Positions 36,675 to 50,992 of a DNA stretch of 64,000 bases are shown here, one piece after another. The position numbers were made by a program, and so were the translations under genes. The stretch comes from Camelus dromedarius (Eukaryota). Position 1 is the first letter of the stretch. Every line of letters begins with the position of its first letter. The stretch is taken from assembly GCF_036321535.1 (NCBI RefSeq), contig NC_087436.1, forward strand, positions 43,030,001 through 43,094,000, read 5' to 3'. A model generated the notes under the pieces. That model was not told the DNA's origin. It saw only the letters and a program-made list of their open reading frames with translations, and ran no database searches.

Positions 36675-39600
36675 TCCTTGAGTGATGTCAGCAAGAAATA
36701 GGAGCCTTTGCTCTGCACCAGAAGCAACACTTACATAGCTATCCATGAATGAAAAAAAGCCCTGGGAGGGCTCAAGAGTACACTCAAGAGAACCTGTAGG
36801 AACACAGTGGAACAAAAAACAGAGTAACTGCACACAAAGGATCTCTGGGGAGATTGACATAACTGAGATTTCTGGAAGTGGCTAGGAACAAAGAAGGGTT
36901 GGGACTCTCAGTACTAGCCACACATCAGGTGCCACCACGGTTCCCAGTGGCCCTGTGGCAGCTGACAGCTGTGGATTCCCTATAGTTTTCACAGCTGAGG
37001 GCTCCATAGTGTTCATCAGAGTGAAGCCCAGGGGCCTGCTCCAACAGCTTTTACCATGGGGGTAACCAACAGCCGTCACTGCAGAGGACCACGGACAGAG
37101 AGACATTAATGCATGCCTACTCCCCACACTTCACACCCTACCCTCCAAGGGGGAGCCACTGTTGCACCATTCCAGGACCAGGGTTGCCACACACCTCCCA
37201 ACTCCCACAGTTCTGCCCATGCCCCAGACCTGGAGCCACAGCCACTCTGTGTGCCCATGCTCCAGACCTCAGCTTTGTGGCTCCTCTGCCCATGCCCATA
37301 CTACAAATTCTGACTCAGCAGCCAGTCCACAAGTGCCTATGCCCAGGACACCAGAGCATGAGCTCTGCAGCAAGAGCACCCACAGCCCATACCTATAGCC
37401 TCACTAACAGAGCTGCATGGAGACTGTGCTGCTATGACCTCCTCAGTGTTGGAACCACCACACCCCACTCAGCCAGAGTCCTCACACCCACAAGTAGGTA
37501 AAGATCTTTCCCTACTAAAGCCAGTCTATAAAGTTTGGAAGAGGTAACTGCTCCATCAAATGTGCAGACATCAAGGCAAATCCACAAAAAACATGAAAAA
37601 TGAGGGAAAATGACAGCACCAAAGCAACACAGTAAACTTCCAGTAACTGTCTTCAAAGAAATAGAGATCTAAGAACTGCTCGACTAATAATTCAAAATAA
37701 TTATTTTAAGGAAGCTCAGTAAGATACAAGAGAGTATAGATAGACAAAAAATCAGGAAGACAGTACATGAACAAAACAAGAAATTCAACAAAGAGTTAGA
37801 AATTATTTTAAATGAACAAGCAAATTCTGAAACTGAAGAATACAATGACTAAAATAAAATTGCACTGGAGAAAGTGAACAGAAGACTTGATCAAGCAGAA
37901 GACAGAACCTGTGAACTCAAAGACAAGTCATTTGAAATTACCCAGTTAGAGGCAGAAAACAAGAAAGAAAAGATTGAAGTAAAAACATGGAATTTACGTG
38001 TGAAACACATTATGGGAGTTCAAGAAGTAAAAGAGATTAAGAGAAAGTTTATTAAATAATGGCTGAAAACATCTCAAATCTGTCCCCAAATTCAATCCAA
38101 AGAGGGCTTTACCAAGTCACATTGTAATAAAGCTGTCAAAAATCAAAGATAAAGAATTTTGAAATCAGCAAGAAAAAAAAAAAAAAAAACTCTTCACATA
38201 AAAGGGAACCCAATAAGGCTATCAGCAAATTTTTCAGCAGAAACCTTTTAGGCCAGGAGAGAATGACACGATATATTCAACGTGCTAAAAGAAAAAACTG
38301 CCAACCAAGAATACTTTACCTGGCAAAGCTGTCCTTTCAAAATAAAGGAGAGAGAAAAACTTTATTTAAACAAACAATATCTGAGGGATTTAATCACCAT
38401 GAGACCTGCCTTACAAAAAATGCTGAAAGGAGTTCATTGAGTTAAAATGAAAAGACACTAATAACACGAATCATATGAAGATACAAAGCACTGGTAAAGG
38501 TAAATATATAGTCTACTTTAGAATATTCTAATACTGCAATAGTAGTATGTAAACTACTGTTAACTGTGGTATAAAATAAGGTAAATATTAACGACAAGTA
38601 TAAAGATACAAGTATTAAAAGTAATTATAGCTACAATAATGTTTTAGACACAATATAAAAATAAGTAAATTGTGATAGCAAAAAAAATGTGAGTAGGGCA
38701 GTAAAAAGGTAGAGTTTTTGTATGCAATCAAATTAAACCAGAAGATTATAACTGTTTTATATAAGCCTTATGACAAAAACAAACGTACAGTAAGTACACA
38801 AAAGATAAAGAAAAAGAAATCAAAGCATGCCACTACAGAAAATCATCAAATAACAAAAGAAGACAGTAAGAAAGGAAAAAGGAAACTACAAAACAGTCAG
38901 AAAACAATTAACAAAATGGCAATAGTAAGTCTTAACCTATTAATAATTACTTTAAAGATAGGTGAATTAAATTATCCAAAGACATAGAGTGCCTTAATGG
39001 ATTAAAAAATAAGACCTAACTATACAGTGCTGACAAGAAACTCACTTCAGCTTTAAGGACACCCTATAGGCTGAAAGTGAAGGGATGGAAAAAGATATTC
39101 CATGAAGTGGAAGTCAGAAAAGAAGAGAGGTAGCAATATTTATATCAGACAAAATAGTCTTCAAGTCCAATAATTTAAGAAGAGACTAAGAAAGTCATCA
39201 TATAATGATAAAGCATTCAATTCATCAAGAGGCTACAGCAGTTGTAAATATATATGCACCAATATTAGGGCATCTAAATGTCAATATATTAAGCAAGTAA
39301 GGAGATTGAATCAGTAGTTTAAAATACTCCAACAAAGAAAAGCACAGGACCAGAGGGTTTTACTTAAGTGAATTCTACCAAACATTTAAAAAAAAAAATT
39401 AATGCCAATACTTCTCAAACACTTCCAAAAAGTTGAACATGAGGAAACATTTCCAAACTCACTTTATGAGGCAATCATTACCCTGATAACATAGCCAGAA
39501 AAGTACACTATAAGAAAATTATCCTGAGGCCAATATCCCTGATGAATATAGATACAAAAATCCTAAACAAAATATGAGCAAACCAATTTCAACAACACAT

Positions 39601-42253
39601 TAAAAGGATCATACATCATGCTCAAGTAAGATTTATCCTTGGGATGCAAGGATGGTTCAACATAAGAATATGAATCACAGATACACATTACTATATGTAA
39701 AACAGATAAACAACAAGGACCTACTGTATAGCACAAGGAACTATATTCAATTTCTTGTAATGAGCTGCAATGGAAAAGAAACTGGAAACATATATGTATG
39801 TATGTATATGTATAATAGAATTACTTTGTTGTACACCTGAAACTAACATTGCAAATTGACTAGACTTCAATAAATTTTAAAAAGAATACCAATGTGCTAT
39901 ATCACATTTAAAAATTAAGGATAAAAATCAAATGATCATCTCAGTAAATGCAGATAAGGCATCTGACAAAAATTCAACATCATTTATATTAAAAACTCTC
40001 AACAAATTAGTTATAGAAGGGATGTACATCAACATAATACAGACCATTTAGACAAACCCACAGCTAACACTATACTCCACAGTGAAAAGCTAAAAAGCTT
40101 TTCCTCTAAAATCAGGAACAAGATAAGCATGTGCTCTCTCCACACTTTCACTTAACAGAGTACTGGAAGTCCTAGCCAGATCATTTAGGCAAGAAAAAAA
40201 AAAAAAAAGAAAGAAAGAAAGGCATCTAAATTGGAAAGGAAGAAATAAAATTGTCTCTGTTTATAGATGATACTATTTTATATGTAAACTGAAGTTTCCA
40301 TCAAAAAACTGTTAAAGCTAATTTTAAAAATTCAGTAAAATTGCAGGATGCAAAAGTCAATATAAAAATCAGCTACATTTTCATACACTAACAACCAATT
40401 ATCTGAAATAAAAATAAAGAAAACAATCCTATTTACAAGAGCATCAAGAAGAATACTATTTAGGAATAAATTTAACCCAGTAGGTGAAAGATCTGCATAC
40501 TGAAAACTGTAACACATTGATGAAAAGTTGAAAAAGACACAAATAAGTGAAAGAATATCTTGTGTTCATAGATTGCAAGAATTAATACTATTAAAATGTC
40601 CATACTACCCAAAGCAAGCTATAGATTCAATGTAATTCCTATTAAAATTCCAATGGTATTCTTCACAGAAGAAAGAAAAAGCCTAAAATTTGTATGGAAC
40701 CACAAAAGACCCCACATAAGTAAAGCAATCTTGAGCAAGAAAAACAAAGCTAGAGGCATCATACTTTCTGATTTCAAATTATATTACAAAACTATAGTAA
40801 TCAAAACCGTATTGTTCTGGCATAAAGCCAGACATATAGACCCATAGAACAGCATAAATAGCCCAGAAGTAAACTCATACATATATGGTTAACTAATCTT
40901 TGACAAAGACACCAAGAATACACAATAGGAAAAGGATAACCTTTTCAGCAAATGCTGTTGGGAAACAGGACACATATGCAAAAGAATGAAACCAGACCTC
41001 TATAAGAACAACTTATATTTAAATCTTTAGTTCATTTTGAGTTGATTTTTATGTAAGACCTGAAACTGTAAAATGTCTAGAAAAAAACATAGGAGAAACC
41101 TCCTTGACCTTGGCCCAGGCAATAGTTTTTTAGATTTAACACCAAAACACAGGTAACAAAAACAAAATAAACAAAAAACAAGCGGGACTACATCAAACTA
41201 AAATCTTCCACACAACAAAGAAAACAATCAACAAGATGAAAAGATGACCTACAGAATGGGAGAAAATATTTTGAAAACTATGTATCTGGTAAGAGTTAAA
41301 TATCCAAATACATAGGAATAACTCAATAGCAAAAACAAACCACCACCCCTCCAAAAAAAACTAAAAAATGCACCAAGGACCTGGATAGACATTTTCCAGA
41401 GAAGACATACAAATGACTAACAGGTATATAAAAATATGCTCAACATCATTAATTATCAGGGAAATTAAAATCAATACCATAAGATTATCACCTTACACTT
41501 GTTAGGGTAGCTATTACCAAAAGGTCAAAAAACAACAAGTGTTGGTGAGGATGTGAAAAATAGGAGACACTTGTACACTGCTGGTGGGAATGTTTTATAG
41601 CCACTGTGGAAAACAGTGTGGAGGTTCCTCAAATAACTGAGAATAGAAACACCATATGATCCAACAATCCCATTTCTGAGTATACATCCAAAGAAAATAA
41701 AATCATGATCTCTAAAAGATACCTGAATTCTCAGCTCATTACAGCATTATTCACAGTAACCTAGGCATCCGTCAACAGCTGAATAAGTAAAGAAAATATC
41801 ACACAGAATATTATAAGGCCTTAATAAAGAAGGAAATCCTGCCATCTGTGATACAGAAAGACAAATATTACTCATGTCACTTACAAGTGGCATCCAAGAA
41901 AAAAAGTCAATCTCATAGTAGCAAAGTAGAATTGTGATTGCCAGAGGCTGGGTAGTAGGAGGAAAGGGGAAATGTTGTCAGAGTGGACAAACTGTTATGA
42001 ACTAGTTCTGGAGACCTAATGTACAGCATGATGACTATGTTAATAATAATGTACGGTATACTTGAAATTTAATTGTAAGTTTGAGGGTAAATGTAAAGTG
42101 TTCTCACCATAAAAACGAGTGAGGTAACTGTGAGGAGGTGAATATGCTAATTAGCACGATGGTGGCAGTCATTTCACAACATACATGGGTATCAAAACAC
42201 CATATTGCACAACCTAAATGTATATAATTTTTATGAACTGGGAAGAAGAAAAA
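36675..42253 (+). mobile_element. Near full-length degraded L1 (L1MA-type) nested in the L1MC element
   Basis: 5'UTR starts gtgatgtcagcaag. ORF1 remnants include RLDQAEDRTCELKD and NCQPRILYLAKLSF. ORF2 starts MAIVSLNLLIITL (about 38916) and has a large internal deletion near 39295. The 3'UTR ends near 42250. Confidence 0.85.
39671..39881 (+). mobile_element. Short L1 3'UTR insertion (cetartiodactyl-type tail)
   Basis: cagatacacattactatatgtaaaacagataaacaacaaggacctactgtatagcac...acttcaataaa, flanked by AAGAATA at 39664-39670 and 39882-39888. Confidence 0.85.
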
Positions 42254-45200
42254 GTGACCCCACCAGCTAATATCATACTGAGTAGTAAAAAACTGAACAT
42301 ACTCCCCCTAGGATTAGTAACAAGGCAAAGATGTCCTGTCTCAGCGCTCCTATTCAATACCTTGTGAGAAGTCTGAACAAGTACAATAAGAAAAGAAAAA
42401 GTTTACAGATTGGAAAGGGAAAAAGGAAGGAATTTATTTCTTCTTAAAGGAAGAAATAAATTTTTTTCACACATGGTAAGACTGCTGATGCCAAAACCTC
42501 CAAATAATTGACAGGAAAACTCCTGGAATGAATAAGTGAATATAGCAAGGATGCAGGATACAATTGTTAATATAAGAAATTCAACTGCTTGTCTATATAC
42601 CAGCAATGAACAATGTGAAATGTGAAGTTTTAAAAAAATACTATTTACAATAGCATCAAAAATGAGGGCTAACAAAATATATGCAAAGTCTGTACACAGA
42701 AAACTACAAACTCTGATAAATCAAGGATAAATTAATAGATATCCCATGTTTATAGATTGGAAAATTCAATATTTTGTCATTTCCCCCCCCAACTTGTTCT
42801 ATAGCTTCAATGCAATCCCAATCAAAATTCCAAGAGGTTATTTTGTAGATAACTGACAAAATAATTTACATTTTATACGAAAAGGCAGAAGACCCAGAAC
42901 AGCAACACATATTGAAAAGGAAGAACATAGTTGGAAGATTCATACTACCCAATTTCAATATTTATTATAAAGCTCCAGTAGTCAAGTATCCAATACCAGC
43001 ATGATATAGGTGATCATTGGACTATACTAGAAAGCCAAGAAATAGACCAAAATAAATATAGTCAATAGATCTTTGACAAAGGAGCAAAGACAATTCAATG
43101 GAGAATGGATACTTTTTTCAACAAATGATGCTGAAACTAATTGGATGTCCATAAGCAAAAAGATGAACTTAGACATAGACCTTATACTTTTCCCAAAAAT
43201 TAACTCAAAATGCACCATAAGCCTAAGTATAAAATGGAAAGTATACAGCAGTTCTTCTATAGTTTCCTCTAAAAGTATAAAAATTCTAGGAGACAGAAAT
43301 CTGTATGACCTTGGGTTGGGGATGATTTTATAGGCAAAAGCATAATTCATGAAAGAAAAAATTAAGTTGAACTCTTGCCCTGTAGAAGACACTATTAGGA
43401 GAATGAAAAGATAAGTCAGACTAGAAGAAAATACTTGCAAAACACATATCTGATAAAGGACTTGTACCCCAAACATACAAAGAATTAACTCTTAAAAGTT
43501 AACTACAGAAAACAAACAATTCAAAAACAGGCAAAACAAACAAACAAACAAAAAACCCTGAACAGACATCTCAGGAAAGAATATATACAGGTGGCAAATA
43601 AGGATTATGACTCAACATTACATGTCACTAGGGAATTACAGATTCAAACAGCAAAGTGATATCTCTGCACACTCATTATTTTGGTTAAAAAATTTTTATT
43701 TAACTGACAATACCAATTGCTGGTAAGGAGGTCAAACAACAGGTATTCTCATTCACTGCTTGTGGAATGGAAAATGGCATAGCCAATTTAGAGGACAGTT
43801 TGGAAATTTCTTTCAAAGCTAAACTATAGTCTTACCACACAATCCAGTAATTGTACTATGTATTTACCAAAACGGATGAAAGTGTACGTCTACTCAAAAA
43901 ATCTCTACTAGAATGTTTACGGCAGGATTCGTACCCAAAATTAGAAGCAACCAAGATGTCATTCCAAAGACAAGTGAGTAAACAAATCAGTACATCCTTG
44001 CAATGGAATGTTTTTCAGCAGGGATAGGTTTAAAAAGAGGTATTAAATCACCAAAAGCCTTGTATGAGTTTTAAATCCATATTGCTAAGTGAAAAAAGCT
44101 AGTCTGAAAAGGTACCTACTCTATATTCCAATTACATGACATTTTGGGAAAGAAAATTCTATTGATAGTTAAAAAACAAATCAATGGTTGGCAGAGGCTT
44201 AAGGGTGGGGGACACATTAAATAAATGGAACCCGGGGCTTTTGTTTTCTTCTTAAGATTGTGAAACAATCCTGTATTGACACTGTAATAATGACTACATG
44301 ACACTGTATTTGTCAAAACTCACCCAGAGACTTTTACAGTACAAAGGATTAATCTTAAAATAAATCTTTAAAATATCACATAGGAGGTCAGCGGATCCAA
44401 GGATGGAATGAAGAATGTGACAATACAACCTAACTGTATGACAAATGCATGAAACACCTCACAGAACAGGGTGAGGGAAAAGGTGCTGACCTAGGTAACT
44501 TTGGAAAAGAGTGGCATCTATAAGACTAAAAGCAAAAGAAATTGTATGTAAGTTCTGTACTCTGATAAATTTATTTCCAAAGGGGGTATTGGCTGATAAT
44601 TCTGATACTATTATAAACATATACTAGAAGCAAACATATAAATGAAAAACAGATGGTTTAAATGGGAGGTAAGCAAATAATGCAATAAGGAGAAGAGGCT
44701 AGAATGATTCATGTAATAATGGATTAGAGTTGGAGACATCACTATGAACTCATATTTAGCCTAATGTAGATACACATGGTTACAGACAATAATATTTTTC
44801 AATATATATAAATGTAAGAGTGTTTATACAAGTATATCTCCTTGCTCTGACAGCTGAGAGGGCCTAGAAGAAATAGCACCCCACTAGCAGTGAGCATACT
44901 TACTGTCCAGACCTTTTATACCTTTCTTCAATGAAAGGAACCAAGGCTCAGAAAAATGGCTGGTTCTAGGACTGAAGTGGGAAATAAACAAGATGAGCCT
45001 GAAATAATTGTAGTGCCACTAAGTAAGGACGTGCTTCAAAAAAAAAAACCCACAGTGAAGGGACTGGATCAAAGGGAACACTGGAGCCAAATGAAGGAGC
45101 TCCCAACAGCCAAAGCTGAAACAACCTGATCAACAAAATAGTCATATTGGATTATAACCCAAGATATAAAAATATTCCTGAGTCCATACTGACATAAATA

Positions 45201-47179
45201 AATGATCAAATAAATTAGTAATTGGAGACAATAAACCAGTCTCCTGTGCATAGGAAGAAAAATAATTCACATAGATGTCTCCCTCAAGGAGGTGGAGCAA
45301 AACCATCCACTCCTCAAGTGAGCACTGTGCAAGATGACATTCTTGCAGAGTACAGTTCAAAAAGGTGGGGAAAGAGCAGCTTGACAGTGGAGAAACCGAC
45401 AAGCACCACCTCAGCCAGCTGATCAAGGTTTAACACCGGTAGTGATGTCACGGTGAGATGCATACCATGTACACTTGAAATATGAAATGATAAAAATGGC
45501 CTAGGGTCTTTCTCCCTCAAACACGTAACTCTGGTCTAATCGTGAGAAAAACATCAGACAAACTCCAACAGAGGGACAGTCTCTGACTAGTTCTCCTCAA
45601 AACTGTCAAGGTCATCAAAAATAAGAATGTCTGAGAAACAGTTACTGCCAACAAGAGCTTGAGGAGATGTAACAACTAAATGTTATGTGGTGTCCTGGAA
45701 TAGAAAAAGGACATTAGGTAATAACTAAGGAAATCTGAGTTGGTATGAACTTTAGTTAATCATAATGTATTGATATTGGTTCATTAATTGTAACAAAAGC
45801 ACCATACTAATGTAAGATGCTAATGATAGAGGAAATTGGATGTGGAGCTTACGGGAATTCTCTGTACTTTCTTCACGTTTTTTCTGTAAACTGAAAATAA
45901 GGTGTTTTTTTTTTTTTTAAGTTACTGTTAGGGGTTATGAAAGTTAATTTTGATTTTAAAAAAGCTGACAAAAGTGCAGAATCCCTGCCTTAATTATACG
46001 GGCTTATGTATATAACTATCAGTGAACACCATGATCAGTGAGTGAACTGGCCAACCTGAAAAGTTTATTTTTTGAGGCACAGCTCCTAAAAATTAGATCC
46101 AAGTGGTACTTTAGAAGACATCTGACAGTATTACAATTTTCTCAGAAAAGCACTCAGCGGCATACCAGCACCATTTATAAATACTAGCATTTAGTTCAAA
46201 AACAAAGCTACTGTCCCATCAAATGATGATTCTTGCATCCTGTCCAACAAGTCCTACCAGACATGGAGGCCTTGATAAATGGGGCTCACTTTCAACTATA
46301 GTGTTGAAGACTTCCTGTTTTTTGGTTTTTTGTTTTCCAGTGTGAAACAGCCATCCAGCCAGATCTGAGATTCTAATACTGTGCCTATGAATTTTACATG
46401 ATTCTGAAACGGTTCCTGCTTATAATGATAATAGAGAAGGAGGGAGGGAGGAAAGGAGACATCACCTGACTATCTTACATGCCACCTTCAAACGATATAA
46501 TAAAACAAATGTGGTAAGGGTGGCAATAATTACTCTTCTGTCCCTTAAAACCTTAATTTCCTTGCTCCTTTCAGGTGAGTGAACATGGCATGTAGCTGTT
46601 CACTGACTGAAAGTCCCCCAGCAGGGACTTAATACCCTTGCCCCCTAAGCTGAGGCTGTATTCTGGAATCCTATCAGCAGACAATGACGCCTGCCTGAGT
46701 TCACTGCTTTGTGTAATAAAGCACATGGAATCGGTTCTGCCATGTCACACTTCTGTTCCTCTTTGTAAGCTAAAAGCTAGTCTTTGGCCAAGTAATTTAA
46801 CATCCCCAAGCCTCAACTTCCTCATGTGAAAAAGGGGAGTTTGTGCCAGATTATCAACACCCTATCAGTCCACACACAGCTGCCGGAGAGTAACTCGAGA
46901 CCCGGGGCTTTGGTAATTTATCCCTATTATTCAGCACAGGATAATTCTACTTCTATCTTCATTGCTTTTCAGAAAATTTGACTTCAACTTAAGTTACAGC
47001 CTTGCCTATCAACCTTATTTGCCCATCAACCTTATTTGCCCACATTCAATTTCTATCAATCCATTTACCAAACCAGAAAATTGCTTAGAAAATTTCTTCT
47101 GTCCCACAGAGCAAAGTTTTACATCTTGAAGACATTTTTTAATTTGTTCTTTTTCATTCCAAATATCATTTTCAAGAAG

Positions 47180-47562
47180 TATGCTCATTTCCTGGGGCTG
47201 CCATAACAAAGCGCCATGAACTGGATGGCTTAATCCACAAAAAAGTATTGTCTCATGGTTTTGTAGGCTGAAAGTCAGAAATCAAAGTGTTGGAAGGGCT
47301 GGTTCCTTCTGTGGTCTGGAATCTGTTCCATGTCTCTTCTTGTTTCTGGTAGCCTCAGGCATTCTCCCTGTGTCTTCACATTGTTTTCTCTCTAGCCCAG
47401 ATTTCCTCTTTTTATGGACACCAGCCATATGGGATAGGGCCCAACCTAATGACCTCATCTAAATGTGATCATCTGCAAAGACCCTATTTCCAAGTAAGTT
47501 CACATTCACAGATACTGGGGGTTAGGACTTCAACATCCTTAACATAATTCAACTTATCACAC
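47180..47562 (-). mobile_element. MLT1B/C-like MaLR solo LTR
   Basis: ggctgccataacaaag...gaaatcaaagtgttggaagggctggttccttctg...atctgcaaagaccctatttcc...gggttaggacttcaacat. Confidence 0.85.
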
Positions 47563-48785
47563 GAAGGGAAAAAAAAAGTTACTCCTAATCACAGGTAAAA
47601 ATGTTTCCTCTTCGAGTTTGACCTGTGTAAAATGATTCTGTCATCTGATGTTTCCAGCTGGCATAATCTTGCTTTCACTTCATATTTACACCATTCTCTC
47701 CTTCTCCTTTTTCCCTTTCCCCATCACTCTTTCTTTCTTCCCATGATATGAAAATCTAAAAACTGGATACAGACTTTTGAACCTTCCGGGGTTTTTTTTT
47801 TCCCCAACTATCTCATTCATCAAATTTAGCTTCAGCCAATGTAGGATCATAATCCAGAATTCTTTGTTTAGCAGGGACGGCTAGAAAAATTTGACACTTA
47901 ACCCCAGGAAAGAGGGAGAGGTGGAGCAAGGGAGGGAGGAATCAGCACCTGCAGTGAATAGTGGCCAAGGAACGGTGAGAGTCTAAATCTGCAAGTCCAT
48001 TAACCTAGGCTTGGATAATTAAGAAAATTACTCGTAAAACTGCTGATGAAATTTGTACAATTCTTCTTGGTTGTAATAGGACACCGCCTCACCCCAGATG
48101 CTGACTATTATCATGGAATAAAATTGGCTCTGGTGTGAAGTTTGTACTTATACCAAGGTGCCATTAGTGTCTATGAAATAGTCCTTGAACTTACCACTAG
48201 CAAGACACGTAGCACAAAAGCCAACTAAGCCCATAGGAAAATCTACTTAAAGCTCCTGGATTTGAGACTGCAATTAGCATCTCTGGGCTTAATGCTTATT
48301 AGCAAGAAGGATCCTAATGCTGAGAGGCATATAGCAAATTTAAAGTAGTTTGCTCCTTCGCTGAAAGGCATGTCTCTGTCCTCACTGATGGTAAACGTTC
48401 CTCTTACCATTTATACATGCAACATGTCTAGAAGTTCCATGCCACATGGTTGGAACTATTTTATAATTCAGCAAATTTAGTAAAGAGCAATTTTTAGACT
48501 GCCTAATTCTTCTGAAGTCCAGCTAATTTTTTTTTGTAAACTTAGCAGATCCAAGAAGAAGAAACTCTGAAACACCACTTTGTTTTCTTCATGAATTTTT
48601 CTCAATATAAATTGTGTTTCAGTGGTTTCCAGGACTGCAATATTATGAGTATTATTCTTTTAATCCACGTTTATTATCATGGGTTAAATGATCTCTTATA
48701 TCTCAATAAGCTCTTCCTTTATATATATTGTTATATGTATTATATGTGTGCCAGATTGTAGTCTAATATTGTAAACTGCCATCAC

Positions 48786-48965
48786 AGTACTCCCCAAACT
48801 GTGGTGTGCATAAACATCACTGAATTTTATTTTTTTAAGATGTACATTTGGGGTCATTAAGCAAAGAATTCAGAATCGGTAGATCTGGAAGAGAGATCAA
48901 GAACATTCTCTCGTGACAAGCACCCTGCATGATTCCGATGCAGCTACTCCTTGGATCCCATGTTA
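48786..48965. mobile_element. MER5-like hAT-Charlie MITE
   Basis: cagtactccccaaactgtggtgtgcataaacatcactg...acaagcaccctgcatgattccgatgcagc. Confidence 0.6.
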
Positions 48966-50992
48966 CAAAACAAACGAAAAGGACAAGGACCTACTCCATT
49001 TAGGGTGATTTATACCATGCCAGGAAATATTTAACTAACTCTAGGTGTTAGCTGCTGGTAATTGCCTCCTAAGCACTCCTTATAGCCAACTTGCCGTACA
49101 GAAATGGAGTTTTCCGTGGTTCATTAGCCACTGAGAAACAGAATAGAGGGCTGATGGATTTTTTTTTTTATCTGAATAGTAGAGATGGCCATTAATTCTT
49201 TGACACATCACTCAAACTCCCTCCTTCCTTTAGTGCATATAATTCCTTTGGCCACAACAGTTCCTATGGCTGGCTGTTCTCTCCATGATTGACAACATAC
49301 GAATGGAAGTGTTCATAGTTACGGAGATGTACTCATTTCTCTTTCTCTGTTGTTCCTCACCTCTCTTCACATTTGTCTGCTGTCAGTTGAGGAAGATGCA
49401 TTTATTTGATCAATTGCAGAAGTACTGCACGTGATGGAAAGTACCCAGGAGGCAATACCACTCCACTAGGGCTCAGGTTTCCAGGCAAAGAACCCTATAA
49501 CTTCAGCACCTCAGGCAGACGCTTCACCTGAGCCCATCTGGTGTAGTCTAGCACCCTGTGCCCCCACACTCCTTTTATAGCCTCCAACAGTACTGTCATT
49601 GACACTTTACTTGTCTGAATCCCTCTGTCATTTCCTTGAGGGTAGGAATTATGTGAAGACCATCTGTGTATCCACAGCTCTTGGCAAAATGCCTGACTTA
49701 GGCAGACAATGAAGAACCAATAGTCTAATGAATGAATCAATAAACCAACCTCCTGGAAAAGTAGAGGTGGTTTCTCCCACAAGCTTCTAGGAAAATTCAT
49801 GGTTCCTTTAGAGGGGCCAGAACCACACAGGAAGCAACACTGCCACCCAACCAGTTCACCACATCTCAACACCGCACTATCCACTGCACCAGATTTCTTC
49901 TAGAAGGATGGGTTAGAAAGAGATTTTGAAAATGAAATTTAGCTTATGAGATCCAAATTTGAGATGTCCAAGGCAAAGGGCAAGCTTAGACATGAAGGAG
50001 GCATGTGTGTGTGTGTGCGTGAGGGTGAGAGGTGGGAAGTTAAAGGCATTCTCACAGCTTATAAAGCTTCTGAATCTAAACTTTCACGTTTGAAGACACA
50101 TTTTTGAACCCACATATTATAGATTTTTTTCAAGGCCTTAATTTTTAAAAAGCCCTTTCTCTTCCTTTTCACATTGTTTCCCTTTTTATAATATACTGAA
50201 TTCTATTTATTTTTTTAAAACATGAATTGGATACAAGTTGGAAACAGAAATACGGTAATTTGGGAGAGTTTATCATTCACCATCTCCTAAAACGTTCTTA
50301 ATGCACAAGGACCCTGGAAGGAAACATTAAGATATTTCCACTATCCCACCAAGAAAAGGGAATGGAAAACCTCTTGTCTCCTTAGCATCCTCCTGCCCCA
50401 TTCCTAGCCATCCACAGCCCTCGCAGCTGAGCTATGTTCTACCTTTGATGCATCCTTGGTAGAAAAATAAAGGGTGGCTTTTGAAATTTAGACTCTAGCT
50501 ATAAATAAGACAGTCTAATCTCAGAGGTATAGCAGGAAATGGGATAATTTCTTTTAAAACCTGCATAACTCTGACACCTGGTGGTTTTAAAGCTCTGATA
50601 TAGAAAGAAAGATGAATCACCTGATAAAGAGAAACAGTGTAGAATTCACTTTTGGGTGTGGAATCTTTCTCAATAATTCAAAAAGCAGAGCACCCACAAA
50701 ACTCCCCCAGTACCTAGGCCTTCTCTTGCTTTTTGGTCACAAGACAAAAAATGGCATAATGATTCAGGGCAGAAATTTTAGATCAGACTACACCAGACTG
50801 AAATGTTGTGTGGCCTTGGGAGTTATTTTGACTACAGGAACTTCAATTCCCTCATCTCTAAAAATGAAGCTAAAAATACCTCACAGATTACTGACAGCAT
50901 GTATCTCTAGACAGCATATATAGATTATACAGAGATTAGTTAGCACAGTGCCTAGTTCATTAGAAATGTTCCCCAAAAGCAGAAAGCAGTAA

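Larger units (their letters stand above)
35965..45918 (+). mobile_element. Ancient L1MC-type LINE-1 (ORF2 portion and long 3'UTR) hosting nested L1s
   Basis: ORF2 DNA at 35965-36670 resumes near 42260. L1MC3-like terminus aaaactgtcaaggtcatcaaaaa...gaaaaaggacattaggt...taatgtaagatgctaatgatagaggaaa. TSD AACTTACTGTTA (35953-35964) / AAGTTACTGTTA (45919-45930). Confidence 0.85.

Noticed and set aside
47008..47041. 17-bp tandem duplication ATCAACCTTATTTGCCC x2 (similarly a 13-bp pair at 26123-26148)
   Set aside because: Ordinary slippage duplications with no evidence of function.
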